A stretch of 64,000 bases of DNA from Prasinococcaceae sp. CCMP 1430 (GCA_013416795.1 RQSC01001240.1:1-64000), one strand, 5' to 3'. Shown: positions 22,116-34,861, counted from the stretch's first letter. The notes: generated from the sequence alone by a model not told the origin. Made by a program: numbers and translations.

Positions 22116-23444
22116 ATGTTCTCGTGCTGCCTCCCATTTGCGGGCTTCGGCGGCGCCGCCGCGGACGAGCCCCCTTCTGAGGAGCAGCTTCTGATCGACG
22201 CGGCGGAGGCACGCGTGGCGCGGAAGATCGCGGAGGAAGCGCGCGCCGAGGCGTCGACTGAGTGGCGCGACCGTGCACGCGCGGCTCTCGCACGCGCGCG
22301 CTGGCTCGTCGGCTATGAGGACGTGAGCGCAGACGAGGACAGCGACGAAGACGCAGACGCGGAGAGCAAACACGCACACCCGCCACCGAGCGATAGCGGA
22401 GTAGCTGGTGGCGCGCACGCCCAAAGAGCCGAGCCAGAGCACACGCACGCAGCGTGGCAGTGGCATGCATGCGAGCCCGACGCACGCGGCGACGACCAGC
22501 TCGCTCTTGCGTGCGCAGGCGCGCCCGATGCGTGCACGCGCAAGCACTTGGCTCTTGCGTGCGTCCTCGCGCACCCCGACACAAGCGCCCGCGCACGAGC
22601 GCGCGCAGCATGCGTGGACACGCACACGCGCGTGGCGGCGTACCGTGCCATGCGTGAGACGTTCGTGCGCACGCATGGCCTCGGCGAGCTACGCGTTCAT
22701 GCAGACCCTCCGTCAACCAAATTCTGGTACGCTCTCGTGCGCGCAAACACTCGTGCGGCTTTGCGAGTACATCTGGACTAACGCATGCGCGCTCGGCGCG
22801 TACGCAGGACGTCGCGAGCCTCGACAGTCTTTGCTCGGCCCCACACGTGTGCGGGTGGTGAGAGCTGGCAGGGCGTCGCGCTCGCGTACGGGAGCACAGG
22901 TGGGTACTAGCAGATGGGCTGCCCATTTGCGTCATGCGCGCAGCGTGCGCATCTGCCTGCTGGACGTTGATGGCACTAGACTCAGCTGACACGCTCATTT
23001 TCGTACCCAGCCGAGGCGGTGGCGTCGGCGAGTCGCCTCACGTCGCATGAGCGCACGTTGGCGTCCCCACGGACGACGCTACTCGTGCCTCCAGCGCGCA
23101 GGAACGCAAACCTGGCGCGCGCGCGCGCAGTTCTCGCGCGTGATCCCGAGAGCGGACGGCTGCTCTGCCTCTACGACAACGACAGCAGCGACGCGCGCGA
23201 GAGTTTTGCTCGAGCGGCGAAGACTCGGAGGGCCTCCGCTCGCGCGGCGGTGTTACATGCGGCGCGAGTCGACGATGCCTTTGTCGGCAGCGCTGCTGTG
23301 TCCGCGTGCGAGTATTACCTCGGCGCCGCGTCGGGCGACGCCGTGAATGCGCGCAAGCTCATGAGCGAAGACAGACGCTGGGAGGAGAGCCACGCGCGCG
23401 CACGCGAGCACCTGGGCTCAGCTGTGCTCTTGCCGCTCTCTTAA
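22116..23444 (+). CDS. Hypothetical protein, probably multi-exon
   Basis: ATG at 22116 (MFSCCLPF) with coding-like segments in ORFs 21603..22781 and 23019..23444; no family recognised. Confidence 0.4.
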
Positions 23445-23456
23445 GCACCCTCTTTG

Positions 23457-25631
23457 CTAGCCTCCCCACCAATGCGCAGTCCCGGCGGCAATTTCGCACC
23501 CGCTGTATACGTTGGTGCCGGCATTGTACTGCACGCACTCGTTCATGCCGCGCAGCAAAGAGCGGCTGCGGTCGCGACATGCCCCTCGCACGACTGCAGC
23601 GGCTGCGCGTGCTGTGCGGCATTCGTGGGTCCCGTCTCCAAGCTCGGCCGCACGAAGCGCCGAGTCGCCTTCGTGGTCACCGACACGTCGGAGCAAGAGT
23701 TTGGGGACCGGGTAGAACGCCATTTCCGAGGGCTTGCAACAGAGCAAGTCGCACACGCGCGCGAGTTCATCCGTGGCCACAACAGCGCTCGTCACGTCAC
23801 CAGGAGGGAACGCGATGAGGGTCACCCGCGCGTACGTGCTGGCGACTACTTCGGCACCGTCGCCTCCTTCGGCACGCGCACGCCCACTCGCTTGCTGGAT
23901 GCGCGCGCTGTCGGCGCGCATCCTCTGCGCAAGGTCACGCACGCCCTCCATAGTATCGATGAGGTCGAGCTGCTTGTGCGCGTCGCTGAGGTCGTTTTGG
24001 GAGCCAACGAGTCCAGAAGCTACGAGCGCATCGACGAACGCTTTTTCCATGTGCGCGTGATCGCCAGCGTTGAGCACGAGTTCCACCTCGCCTGCATGCA
24101 CCCCGTCTGCGAGATGCCCGATGAGGTCGGTTATGAATTGCCTTTGTGCGCCGGCGCCCCCGACGGGAAGCAGCAAGCGCAGCGGTGCACACGCGTTGCA
24201 GCGCGCGAGACGCAACTCGCAGTCGGTGTATAGGTTGACGACCATGTCTCTCGGGACCCAATGGCCGGCCAGTGAGATGCTCTCGGGCGGCACTCCCATG
24301 CGTAGCAGCTGGTGGTACGTCGCTGGCCCTTGCACCAGGTTGAGCGCGCCCGGCACCACCACGAACCACTGTGCGTGGTTGTCGATCACGAGATTGATGA
24401 CTTTGGAAAAACCTGCGGCGACGGCCGCGAGGCCAACCAGGCAGTGCGTCGCCACTACGGGCAGATCCCGGGGCACGCCGTCCAGCAGCGGTGTGAGGTG
24501 CGCCGCTGCGATTAGTGCGGCGACGCGCAGCGCGTCAGGGTTGGCCGAACCCGCCCCATCATCGCCATCGCTGCCATAACTGCCAGCCGTCAGGGTTCCC
24601 CACATGTACTCAATCACCCCTCCCACCTCGCTCGCGACGCGCGACAAGCGCGAGTACAGTCGCTCCCCGTCCCTCAGCACGCGCACGGCCTCGGGCTCGT
24701 CGCTGCTGCCGCGCGCTCGCCCGCGCTGGCCGGCTGCAGCTGGTTGCGCGTGCACATTGAAGCTGGGGCCGTCGAAAGCGGCGCTGGGGGCGAGGAAGTC
24801 AAAGATGTAGCTGCGCCTCGGACGCACCCCAGGACATTCTGCCTCGCTAGACGCAACTCCGTTCGCATCGCTTCTGCTGTCATGGTCGCAGCACCACGAT
24901 GCCAACGCCCTGGCGATGCGCAAATGGCCGTAGCCCATGCGCATTGTCCCCACGAGCACTGCCTCGCCTGGCTCGATGCCTGCGGACGCCATCGTGAGCG
25001 GACCCAGTGCTGTGAGGTGGTCTTTGGCGGCGGCGCCCGCGTCGTCGGTCTGCAGCGCGGCGAGGAGCGGCACGAGCACCGTAGAAACTTGCCACGGCGA
25101 GAGCGCCTCCGCTGCGAGGCCATTGCGACTGAGGTCGTCGCCCTCTGACGGGGCAGCCTCATCAACGCCGAGTGGCATTGCTTGACTGCATTGTTGCGGT
25201 TGTGACTGCCTGCTTCGCGCTTGCTGTTGTGGCCCACGGGGCGTGGTGATCGTTCTGAGGAGCAGAGCGCGCAGGGCGCCCAGCGCGCCGCGCGCCACGC
25301 TGCCGGTGAGGACGCGCATGACGAGCACGCACTTGCCGCGCGTGAGCGCCGATGGGCGCCGCGGGCGACCGTCCTCCTCTCCTTCTTGCCCTGGAGACCA
25401 ACGCCCGCCAGGCTGGGCGCCCATGATGAAGTCGTCGATGTCAGCGGCGCGCGCACCGAAATCCTCCAGCAGCTCGTCGTACTCGACGCTCAGTAGCAGG
25501 ACCATCAGCAGCAGCGCCAGCAGCACTGCCCCAGCCACCAGGAGCGCGCCGACCGCCGCCGCTGCGACCGGCATCATCGCGACCGCCAGCGTCCTCGCGG
25601 CGCGCGCGAGGTCGCCCACGACGGCGTCCAT
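23457..25631 (-). CDS. GT-B glycosyltransferase-like protein (MGDG-synthase/GT28-like fold) with an N-terminal TM segment
   Basis: MGYGHLRIARAL, VVATHCL, VIDNHAQW and DLLCCKPSE..P..GDHE resemble GT28-type N- and C-domain motifs; hydrophobic anchor near the N-terminus; single long ORF. Confidence 0.6.
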   Translation of the reverse strand: MDAVVGDLARAARTLAVAMMPVAAAAVGALLVAGAVLLALLLMVLLLSVEYDELLEDFGARAADIDDFIMGAQPGGRWSPGQEGEEDGRPRRPSALTRGKCVLVMRVLTGSVARGALGALRALLLRTITTPRGPQQQARSRQSQPQQCSQAMPLGVDEAAPSEGDDLSRNGLAAEALSPWQVSTVLVPLLAALQTDDAGAAAKDHLTALGPLTMASAGIEPGEAVLVGTMRMGYGHLRIARALASWCCDHDSRSDANGVASSEAECPGVRPRRSYIFDFLAPSAAFDGPSFNVHAQPAAAGQRGRARGSSDEPEAVRVLRDGERLYSRLSRVASEVGGVIEYMWGTLTAGSYGSDGDDGAGSANPDALRVAALIAAAHLTPLLDGVPRDLPVVATHCLVGLAAVAAGFSKVINLVIDNHAQWFVVVPGALNLVQGPATYHQLLRMGVPPESISLAGHWVPRDMVVNLYTDCELRLARCNACAPLRLLLPVGGAGAQRQFITDLIGHLADGVHAGEVELVLNAGDHAHMEKAFVDALVASGLVGSQNDLSDAHKQLDLIDTMEGVRDLAQRMRADSARIQQASGRARAEGGDGAEVVASTYARVTLIAFPPGDVTSAVVATDELARVCDLLCCKPSEMAFYPVPKLLLRRVGDHEGDSALRAAELGDGTHECRTARAAAAVVRGACRDRSRSLLRGMNECVQYNAGTNVYSGCEIAAGTAHWWGG

Positions 25632-26853
25632 CGTCCTCTGCTTCGACGATGGAGCTCGCGCAGATGGCGCGCGTCCGGCGCGCGCCGCGTCCGGAGCGCG
25701 GCGCGCGCGCGCTCTGCCGCCTGGCGCGCCCTCGTGCGGTGCGTGCGGACACCGCACACCCTCCGCCTGACCGCACATGCATGTGCCCCCCGTCGCCAAC
25801 AGCCCACCGCCGCTGCCGCTGCCGCTGCCGATGCGCTGCACTCCGAGCTGGCGCACTCAGCGCACTGCCTCATCGTCATGGTATCGTGTGACCATACGTC
25901 GTCTTCCCGGAGCGCAGCCCGGGGCAGCCCGGGGCAGCCCGGGGCAGGCCTACGCAGCCCTGGCCCCTGAGGCCCCGAGTAAACCCACCCCCGCGTGAGC
26001 TGATCCGGGGGAGGGGGGGGGGCGTGGGGCACCCTGCCATTGGCCAGCGCCGCTGCGTGAGGCGCTGGGCTGCGTTCGGCGTGGCGGCGACGCCCAGCCG
26101 GTGCCCCGGCCAGCCGGTGGCGTTTGACGGCCGAGCATCTCCTTCGTACGGCGCAGTATCTTTATCGCAGAAGGCGTGGAATGTGATGGCGCCGGCCGGC
26201 GGCGTTGCTGTTGTTGTGATTGTGCGGTCGCGAGTGCGCGCCGCCGCGCATTTTTCCGCGCGCCACACAGCGCGCGGGCCGCCGCGGGGCGGCGCGGGGC
26301 GACGCGTCGTCGCGCCCTGCCCGTACGCGCGCGCTGTGGCAGGCCGAGTCGAATTTCGAACAAGCTTCAGTCAGGTCCCGGCAGGACCAACAAAAAATGG
26401 GACGTCAAGGGTTTCACCATCAAACAGGGTTTACAGTATTGTCAGTCAGCTCAAGCTCAGTCCCGTCAGCCTCTCCCGTCCGGTCATGAGTCGATCCACG
26501 GCGAAGATGATCCGGAATCCATCGGGGGTGCGCGCGGAGTCGGGGTGTGTGTCGCCTCGCTCTTCGCCGCCCCAGAAAGTCCCATTTGCGTCCGCGTCAA
26601 TCAAATCGCTCGGCACGCGCGCACTCGATCGATCGATCGATCGAGCACGCCCAAACGATCGAGCGAGCACGGCACAAACGAAGGGAGGGGCGGGGCGGCG
26701 CGCGGCCGTCGACGCGCCCCGCGGACGGTGGGGGGGGGGGCGTGCGACGCCTTCGTTCACACTCACCGCATTTTGTGGGTTGCTGCTACTCGCTTGGCGG
26801 TGCCGCCATCAGGCAGATACCACGGCCCGCCAGTGGCCGCGGCAGGCACAAAT

Positions 26854-29800
26854 ATGGACAGCGCCGTCATGGAGGAGGCTGAGGTGCTGGGCGGCGAAGG
26901 CGGCCGCGGTGGCGGTTCGAACGAGGGACTCGGAAGCGACGGTGGCGACGACGGGAGGCCCGCGCCGAGGAGCTTGCTCAAGGCACGCGCTGCGCTCTCC
27001 GATGGCGCGCTGGAGGGAGCCTTTGGCGGCGCGCGTGAGGCGCTCGGCGCAGCTGGCGGCGCCGAGGCGCTCGCCGCACGCGCGGCGGCCGCTGCGGACA
27101 TGCTCCTCGACGCGGCCGAGGCGCGCGGCGCGCTCTCCAGAACGATTGCAGGCGCGGGGAGGCGGTTGCTCGGTGAGTGCGCGTGCGCCCGTGCGCCGCG
27201 ACAGGCGCGCCCACATCAATAGTATTCGGCGTCGGGTGGCGCGCGCCCGGCCGGCTGGTTGAACAAAAGCGCCGTGGTGGCGCCCATGCATGTATCGTCA
27301 CGCGCACTGCTGACACGCGCAACGCTCGCGCGCGCGCGCCCACAACACGCATTGCGCGAGCCAGACGCGCTGAGCGGCCTGGTAGCTGAGGTCTACGGCC
27401 GCTTCACCGCCTCGGGCATCAGCATCGAGGCGACCGCCATCTCATGGAAAAACGCCGCTCTCGAATCTAAGCTGGCTACCAGCGCAGCCACCGCCGCCGA
27501 GGCGCTCTCCGCGCGCGCGGCAGACGCATATGGCGCGCGTGCCGAGGCAGCCGCGGGCGACTTCAAGGCGCTCGTGAAACAGCGCGGCGTGTTCGCTGCC
27601 GCCGACCTCACCGCGGCCGCCTCCAAGTCACTGGAGAGCGACGAGTACGCCATCAGCGCCGACGAGGCGCGATCCAGGCTCACGGACGCCGCCACAGAGC
27701 TCGCTACCGTCGAGGGCGTCTCCGAGACGCTCGCAGGACTCAAGGAGGCTGCGAGTAGCGTAGGCATTGACGTCGAGGGCGGGTTCAAAGCCGTGAAGAG
27801 CCTCGTTGCGACTGTCAACGAGGATGTTGATGGCGAGGGCGAGAAAGACACCGAGGAGATGGATGGCCCGCCACTCAGAAAGAAGTCGTCGTCCATTGTG
27901 AACAGCATCGATGGCGTCGTCAGCAGCGCAGCGAGCGCCCTGTCATCAATGTCGCGCGACGATCTCCGCGGGCGGGCGGAGAGCTGGCTGCAGCGCCCGC
28001 TGACGCCTGCCGAAGAAGGCGTCGTTGACTCGGCACTGGCACTGTGGGACGAGCTCGCAAAGGCGCCACTGGCAGCTCGCTTTGGCAAGGCCTTCGTCGC
28101 CGCAGCGCGCAAGATGCGGCAGTACGCAAAAGAGGTGGAGGAGGCGGCTGCGAACAAGACAGGGGGACCAGAGCTCAGTCTGCGGAGCGCTGCCAGCGGT
28201 GCCGGTGATGCCTGGGCACGCCTCGCGGACGAGCGCGCCGAGCTGTGCGAGTGTGTCCGCCTTCTTAAACCTTCTGCGCTCGCATTCGTGGACGCAATCA
28301 ATGACGTCGCCTGCAACGAGTTGCTCCCGGGCCTCACCCTGCCACGCTTCGACGGCATCAGCGACTCGCCGATTGGACGCATTTGCTATCACGTGGGCTC
28401 ACTCGAGTTTTCGAAGGTGAGCTTCGATCCCAAAATGGTGCGCCTCACGTTGCCTAGCTTCGGCGGCGGTGGACCCGGGTCAGAGAGTGCTTGTGGGGGC
28501 GACATCCGCAAAGCAGTACCGCACACCCCGTCGACAGCAAGCGCGGTGATGACGGCAGAGGAGGACTCGGTGGCAAAGATGGAAGGCGCCAGAGGCACTG
28601 CAACGACTGCTGCAACCTCCGGTGATGGCGCCGCGCCTGCGCGGCAGGTGACGGGAGGCGAGGCACCGACCGCAGACAGACAGTCCTTCGGCGAGCTTTT
28701 CGTCCCCGGCATAGGAGTGTGTCTCGAGGGCATTCGATGGCAGTACTCCAAGCGTGGCAACCCGTACGTGCCTCGTGACGATGGGCGCGCACGCGTGGAT
28801 GTCTCTGGGCTGTCGTGTCGCATCGCATATGGCTTCAAGCTCCAAGGCACAACGCTCACGCTTTTGATTCGCTCCGTGACAGTTGAGACCGAGCGCTGCG
28901 ACGTGCGGATTGGCACGGAAGGGGGGTCCAATGCGGTCATGTACAACCTGCTGATGACCCTGATCTCCAAGCGCATGCGCGACGAAATTAGCAACCAGAT
29001 CACGCTGCAGCTGGGAGGCCTCGTCGAAAGCATCTCGAACCTCATCAGGCCGTATGCAGCGGGCGTGATCGAGGTCGCGCACACGCTCGAACAGCCACCA
29101 CCAGAGCCGGTCTTCGTCTCGCCTTACCAAACGAAGCAGCTCGTCGCCGGGAAGGTCCATGTGCTCGACGACGTGGAGACAGGCCACTTCTTGAAGAGCT
29201 TGCCTGACCAGCCGCGTCTTGTATACTTTGCTCAGGCTGCGGATGGTGGCGACGCCGACACCACCCGCGGAGTGGCTCCCGAGTGGCTGTGCAAGCTGTC
29301 GGAGCGTCTCGGCGACGGCATGCTGATTGCGTACGTGCCCTTTGCAAACAAACGTGTGCGGCGGGAGCTCGGCGCGGCCTACTACGACACGCGCTCATTG
29401 CCTGAGGCGGTGCTCATGCCTCACTCCGCGCCAGGCGGCGAGCCGATGTGGGCTCGAGGAGCTGCAGATGCGGCGCCCGAGGCAATCGAGCAGCTGTGTG
29501 CTCCCTTCAGCTGGGCACCCAATCGCGTGGTTGCTATGGACAACACGACGAACGCCGACGTGCTGCTCGCGCGTCCCATGCGGCATGTGTTGGTGATAAT
29601 GTTCACCTCGCAGGACCCGCCACCGAAGGCCTTCAGAGAGCTCGCTCGCCGCCACGCCGAGCACGCCGCCGAATCAGAAGGCGCTGAGCTGGCGCCGGCG
29701 TTGTTTGCCAGCGTCCACGTGCCTACGCAGCCCGAGCTCGTCGCGCGTTTTGGCGTCGACAGGAGCCCACGCGTGGCCTTTGTACCCGCTGTCACCTCGC

Positions 29801-31070
29801 GCGCTCCGTCTGGACGCTCCACCAAGGTGCGTCGGCGCATGGTCGTGCCAGTGGGTAAATTGCCTTGCGCGCGGGACACGCCGCCACTGGCAGCTGCTCT
29901 GGCTGGCGCGTCTCCTCACTGTCCATTTTGCGCACGCATCGTACTGACGGCTGGATGCCTGCGCGCCACGTCCCGCGCGCGCGCGCGCAGTACGAGTTCA
30001 TGGAGATGCCGGTGACTCCGCGCAATGTCGAGGTCAGCCTGTCTGATTACGCGGTGCCGTACAGGCACGGTGTTGTCATCGTCACCGAGAAAAACGCCGA
30101 GGCATTCTTTTTGACGAAGGTGAACCGCTTCAAGCTGCTTGTCTGGGGAGACCGAGCCGAAGCTACTCCGGCAGTGCGAGAATTGCAGCTGCGCTATCCG
30201 AAGAAGCTCGTCGTTGGCTACTGTGGCACCGTCGGCGGCGACGATCTACGTGAGCGCTTCGGCTTGCCTCGTGCGGGCCCAGCGGCCATCGCGGCCTTGG
30301 GCCACAGGCTTATTGACATCAAGGCCGAGAAGGAGGCCATGCTAGCCGCTGGGGTGGACAAGCGCCTCGGGCGCGCGGCAAGCTCTGTCGGCGGTTTCTT
30401 TCGCAAGGCTAGCTCCTCCGTGCGCTCCATGACGCAAATCGGAGGTAGCGGGGGGGGCGAATCGGCAGGTGCCACCAGCGGTACCGCGGCGTCGGGAGTG
30501 GGCGCGTCGGCGGGAGCAGAGAGCAGCGGCGCCTCTCGCGGCGGCTTTGGCGGCCTCTTGCGGAAGGCGAGCAGATCGGTCAGCGGGGGTGTTGGTGGCA
30601 TCCTGCGGAGCGCGAGCTCGGACACCAGCGGCGGCGCCCGAGGTGGCGGAGAAGGCACGGACAGTACGAGTCGGGGCTCATCGTCGTTGACGACGCTATT
30701 GCCACTCCAGCAGCCAGCCAAAGCTCTGTCGGCATCCCCCATGGCGGGGCAAGGGAGGGGCGAGTCACCCTCGAAGAACTTGGCGGAAGACATGGAGTCC
30801 GTGCGCCTGAGCGGTTCGGAGTCAGACGCGCCCATACCCAAAGACGAGGACGATGAGGAGGATGAGGCCGACGCGGAGCTGACAGTGCTTGGCGGCAGCA
30901 CAGCTGCGGCTGACGCCGCAACTTGGCTCGCGGGCGGTGTGCCGTTCGAAGTTGAGCATTGCCCGCCACACGAGGCGGCATCCGCCAAGGGCCTCATCGC
31001 TTTTGCTAAGATCTATGCGAGGATGAAGCTGTCAAAGCGCCGCCTATCGAGACTCAATACGGGCACCTAA
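26854..31070 (+). CDS. Large hypothetical protein with a TULIP/BPI-like (HAM1-C-like) domain and thioredoxin-like repeats; multi-exon
   Basis: ATG at 26854; ORFs 27259..30015 and 29865..31070. LTLPRFDG..YHVGSLEF, IRWQYSK..PYV.DDGRARVDV and YNLLMTLISKRMRDEI resemble TULIP-type lipid-binding domains; downstream alpha/beta repeats lack CxxC. Confidence 0.5.
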
Positions 31071-31214
31071 ATGATGTGCGAGGCGGATTTGGCTGGGCAG
31101 TGCTTTCTGTCTGAGTGCGCCTCGCGCCGAGCTGAGTGAGACGAAGTTATACAGAACTTATGGAACAAATATATATACAAAGACGAGCCGATCCGAGCAC
31201 GTCGCGTGCGCACG

Positions 31215-33464
31215 TCAGGCCTCTGCGGATGCGTACCCGCTCGTGTCACTGTCGCTGCCGCCAGCTGCAGCCGCATGCGCCCCCCCTCTCGACTCAAGGT
31301 CGTGCATCGGCCAGTCGCCGCCGCCGGCCAGTAGGCCCGACATGTGCTCGCCCGGGGAGAGCGGGTCAAGGGCAGCCTCGCGCCAATTGGCGGGGATCGA
31401 CGCACTCCTCTCCAACGAGCCAGGGGGCGAATGAGGTGCCCGGTCGATCGCGCCCACCGACTGCTCGTGTCCGTGCCGCAGAGCCTGGCGGTGCGGCGAC
31501 GAGTGCGGCGCGAGTGGCAGCTGCTCCGGGGTCGCGGTACCCACCCCTGACCTCAGCTGCGCGTCGTCGAGCTCCTCGGCGGCGCGCAACGCCTCCCGCG
31601 CGAGTGGTGCCCACCTCTTTGGCAGGTCCGCTCGCATGCCGAGCACGAGCCCCGTGCCCCAGAGTATCACCGACAGCCTGCTCACCCAGTTGAGTTCTTC
31701 TGGGCACTCCTCAAGAGGGTCCCTCTTTTCGAGGGACTGCGGATTGCACCCTTTGATCGCCTCATTGCCCTGGTCAAGACGCAGGAGCACATGGCTCAGG
31801 ATGACCTTGTGGTCGCCGTGGCGCGTGCGCACGCCGAGCTCGGTCGCTGCGTGCACGATGGCGTCGCTGTCGCCAGCGTCCATCGCCAGCACCAGCCTGC
31901 ACAGCGCGAGCCTCTGGCCGCGTCTGAGCTCCTTGACCTGCCCGTAGTCGATGAGGCCGATTGAGCCGCCCTCCATGAGCAGCACGTTCCCCGGATGGGG
32001 GTCGGCGTTGAAGAGGCCGTCCACCAGCACTTGGCGGCCGTGCACCGACACGAGCGCCTCGAAGAGCGCCGATGGGTTGATGGCGGGAAGGTCCTTGCGG
32101 TACTGCGCCTTGGTGCCCGTGGCGATCGAGTACAGCGCGATGCCGGTGTTGACGAACACATTGGTGGTGCGCGCGTACGCGCGGTTAAGCCCCAGGATGA
32201 GCGCGACGGTAGCGCTCGATCCCAACCGGCTTGTTATGCCGCCCACGGCGCCGCCGCCACTCAAGCTGCCTTCGCTGCCACCAGCAGTCATGGCGTCCTT
32301 GCCCTTCTCGATGAGTTCCTCCAGCGTCATCCCCATGTTCTTGGCGATCTGCGCCAGGTGGTCCTTGACGCCGTCAATCAGCTTGACGCCACTGAAAAAG
32401 TCCATCACTAGCACGTGCTCGCTGGCCATGCCCGGCACCGGCCGCGGGATGGCCACGCGCGGCGCGCCGTGCTCGCGCGGCAGCCGCGAGAGGTTGGCGG
32501 CGCAGCGCGCGAGGTTGGCCGCCTCCGTGCGGAAATCGAGCTCGCCGCTCACTGAGTTCTTCATGTCCTGGAGCGTGTCGGCGTAGTCGGGCTTGGCCAG
32601 CCTGCAGAACATGATGCAGCAGTCGAAGTCAAGGTCAAACAGCTCCTGCGCCTCGGGGTACTGCACCTTGACGACCACTTCGCGGCCGGTGTGCAGGCGC
32701 GCGCGGTGCGCCTGGCCGATCGACGCGGCGCCCAACGGCTTGTAGTCGAACTCGGCGAAGAACTTCTCCGGTGTGTCGCCCAGGGCAGCCACCACCATGC
32801 GTCGCACGGCCGTCTTCCCGCGCGGTGGCATGCCGTCCTGCAGCGGCTCGAACGCCGTGCAGTACGCCTTGGGCATGAGCACGTTGAACGTGCTCACTAT
32901 CTGGCCCACCTTGACGAACCACCCGCGCAGATCGACCACGGCGCGGTAGGCGCGCGGCGCGTACAGCCGATGCAGCTCGTCGTACATTTCCTGCCGCTCC
33001 TCGTCCTCGAGCTCCCAGTGTCGGCAGTAGATCTGTGTGCCGCGGTAGTGCACGTATATGGGCAGCACCCAAAGCAGGAAGCGCGCGTAGCGGCGCAGGC
33101 GCTTGTCCGCGAGCACGGTGTAGCCACCGCCGCCGAAGATGACCACCACGTAGAAGAGCAGGTAGCGCCCGGCGTACGGCATGCGGCCCAGCCACGCGCC
33201 GAAGAGCCCGAGCAGCGCCACCACGAAGAGCGCGACGACGGTGAGCGTGCGCTCAATTGACAGCGCGCGCAGCTGGTGCATGCCGCCGAGCAGCACGATC
33301 GGCACCACGGGCGCGCACAGCACCATGTTCTGCAGCACCCCGACCACCATGGAGATCAGGGCGGTCCAGAGCCACGCGGCGCCGCGCCGCAGCACGAGAC
33401 CGCCCGCCAGCGCGCTCTCCACGGGCCATAGCATGCGCTGCAGGCCGATCGCCGCGCCCTGCAT
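31215..33464 (-). CDS. ABC1/UbiB (ADCK) atypical protein kinase with N-terminal TM segments
   Basis: FVKVGQ, PLGAASIGQAH, VVVKVQYP, ELDFRTEA, VLVMDF, FNADPHPGNV and LIDYGQ; ATG at 33464. Confidence 0.93.
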   Translation of the reverse strand: MQGAAIGLQRMLWPVESALAGGLVLRRGAAWLWTALISMVVGVLQNMVLCAPVVPIVLLGGMHQLRALSIERTLTVVALFVVALLGLFGAWLGRMPYAGRYLLFYVVVIFGGGGYTVLADKRLRRYARFLLWVLPIYVHYRGTQIYCRHWELEDEERQEMYDELHRLYAPRAYRAVVDLRGWFVKVGQIVSTFNVLMPKAYCTAFEPLQDGMPPRGKTAVRRMVVAALGDTPEKFFAEFDYKPLGAASIGQAHRARLHTGREVVVKVQYPEAQELFDLDFDCCIMFCRLAKPDYADTLQDMKNSVSGELDFRTEAANLARCAANLSRLPREHGAPRVAIPRPVPGMASEHVLVMDFFSGVKLIDGVKDHLAQIAKNMGMTLEELIEKGKDAMTAGGSEGSLSGGGAVGGITSRLGSSATVALILGLNRAYARTTNVFVNTGIALYSIATGTKAQYRKDLPAINPSALFEALVSVHGRQVLVDGLFNADPHPGNVLLMEGGSIGLIDYGQVKELRRGQRLALCRLVLAMDAGDSDAIVHAATELGVRTRHGDHKVILSHVLLRLDQGNEAIKGCNPQSLEKRDPLEECPEELNWVSRLSVILWGTGLVLGMRADLPKRWAPLAREALRAAEELDDAQLRSGVGTATPEQLPLAPHSSPHRQALRHGHEQSVGAIDRAPHSPPGSLERSASIPANWREAALDPLSPGEHMSGLLAGGGDWPMHDLESRGGAHAAAAGGSDSDTSGYASAEA

Positions 33465-33544
33465 GCGCCCCTCGGCCGGCCGCGCCGCGCGCGAGGCGCA
33501 TCGCGCTCGCCCTCCCCCTCCGCGCGGCCGGCCGCGTCGGCGCC

Positions 33545-33848
33545 CTCGTCCATGTCGTCGCGGGGCGTCGCAAGCGCCTCCGCGCGCTGCGCCGCGTCCG
33601 CGTCGGCCTCCCCCGTCGAATGCGGCGGGCCTGCCGCGCCCGCCGCTCTGTGCGCCCTCGCGTCGTGCGTGACGCTCTTGGTGAACTGCGTGACGCCGTA
33701 CAGCTGGACGGAGAACGTGAGGTTGAGCACGATGGAGACCACGAGCAGCAGCGCGAGGAACTTGCGGCCGTGCACGTGCAGCGCCCCCGACGCCTTGTCG
33801 ACGGCGCCCATCGCGTACGACGGCAGCGCCGCGGTGCCGGTCCCCATG
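33545..33848 (-). CDS. 5' fragment of an unrelated type II membrane protein
   Basis: MGTGTAALPSYAMG..KFLALLLVVSIVLNLTFSVQLYG; the coding character is lost near 33550, just upstream of the ABC1 gene. Confidence 0.3.
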
Positions 33849-34734
33849 TCGCGCGCCGCGCACCGCGCGCGCCCCCCCCCACCACCACCACCTCCTCCTC
33901 CTCTCTCCCCCTCCCCCCTTCCCCTCCGCCTCTCCCTCGCCTCGGGGTCGCAAAAGAGCGCACACCTGCAGGGGGCGGGGGAGGGGGGCGCGGTCCCGCG
34001 CGCGCCGCGCGCGCCCCCTCCCCGCGCGCGGGCGGCGCCGTATCCGCGGGGCGCGAGGTGGTGTCCGAGGTGTCCCTTCCCCCTCCCCTCCCCTCTCCGA
34101 GCGGTTGCCGCCTCCTCCCCCCCCTCCTCTCCCCCAGGCGTTCGCCCCTCGCCGCCGCGCCGCGGGGCGTGCGCGGTGTGGTGTGGCGTGGAGCGGTGCG
34201 GTCCCGCCTCGCTCTCGCCCCGCCTACGGCGCGCGCAAACCCACCCAACGAACCCCGCGCTCGGCCCGCGCGCGCGCGCCCGCGCGCGCGTCCCCCGGCC
34301 AGAACCCACCTCCACATCCATTTCAAAAAAAAAACGCGCGCGAAACGAAGCGCGCGACGGGCGCCGTCGTCGTCGGTGTGTTGTTGTCGCCCATTCGCGT
34401 GATACCACGAAAGGGCCGAAATAAAAAAGAAGAAAAAAAAAAACGGGGGGAGGTGGCGCGGTGGCAGCGAGGGAGTCCCTGGGAGGGAGGGAGGCGCGGC
34501 GGCGGGGGAGAGGGGCAGCGCAGCGCCCGGCAAGCAGCCCCGCGCCCGCCTGCGTCTCCGCTCTGCGTCCTGCTCAGGGCTGCGGGGAGGGGGGGTGGCT
34601 GGGGAGGCCCGGGAGCGCCCCACGCGCAGCCGATGAGTGCCGCGCCGGCGCCCACTCATTGGCGGCCCGTCGCTGACCGCCTGAATGGCGCGTTTGAAGA
34701 GCGGACGGAGGCTGCTGCAAGGCTGTGCGGCCGA

Positions 34735-34737
<3 letters not shown>

Positions 34738-34824
<87 letters not shown>

Positions 34825-34861
34825 NNNNNNNNNNNNNNNNNNNNNNNNNNNNNNNNNNNNN

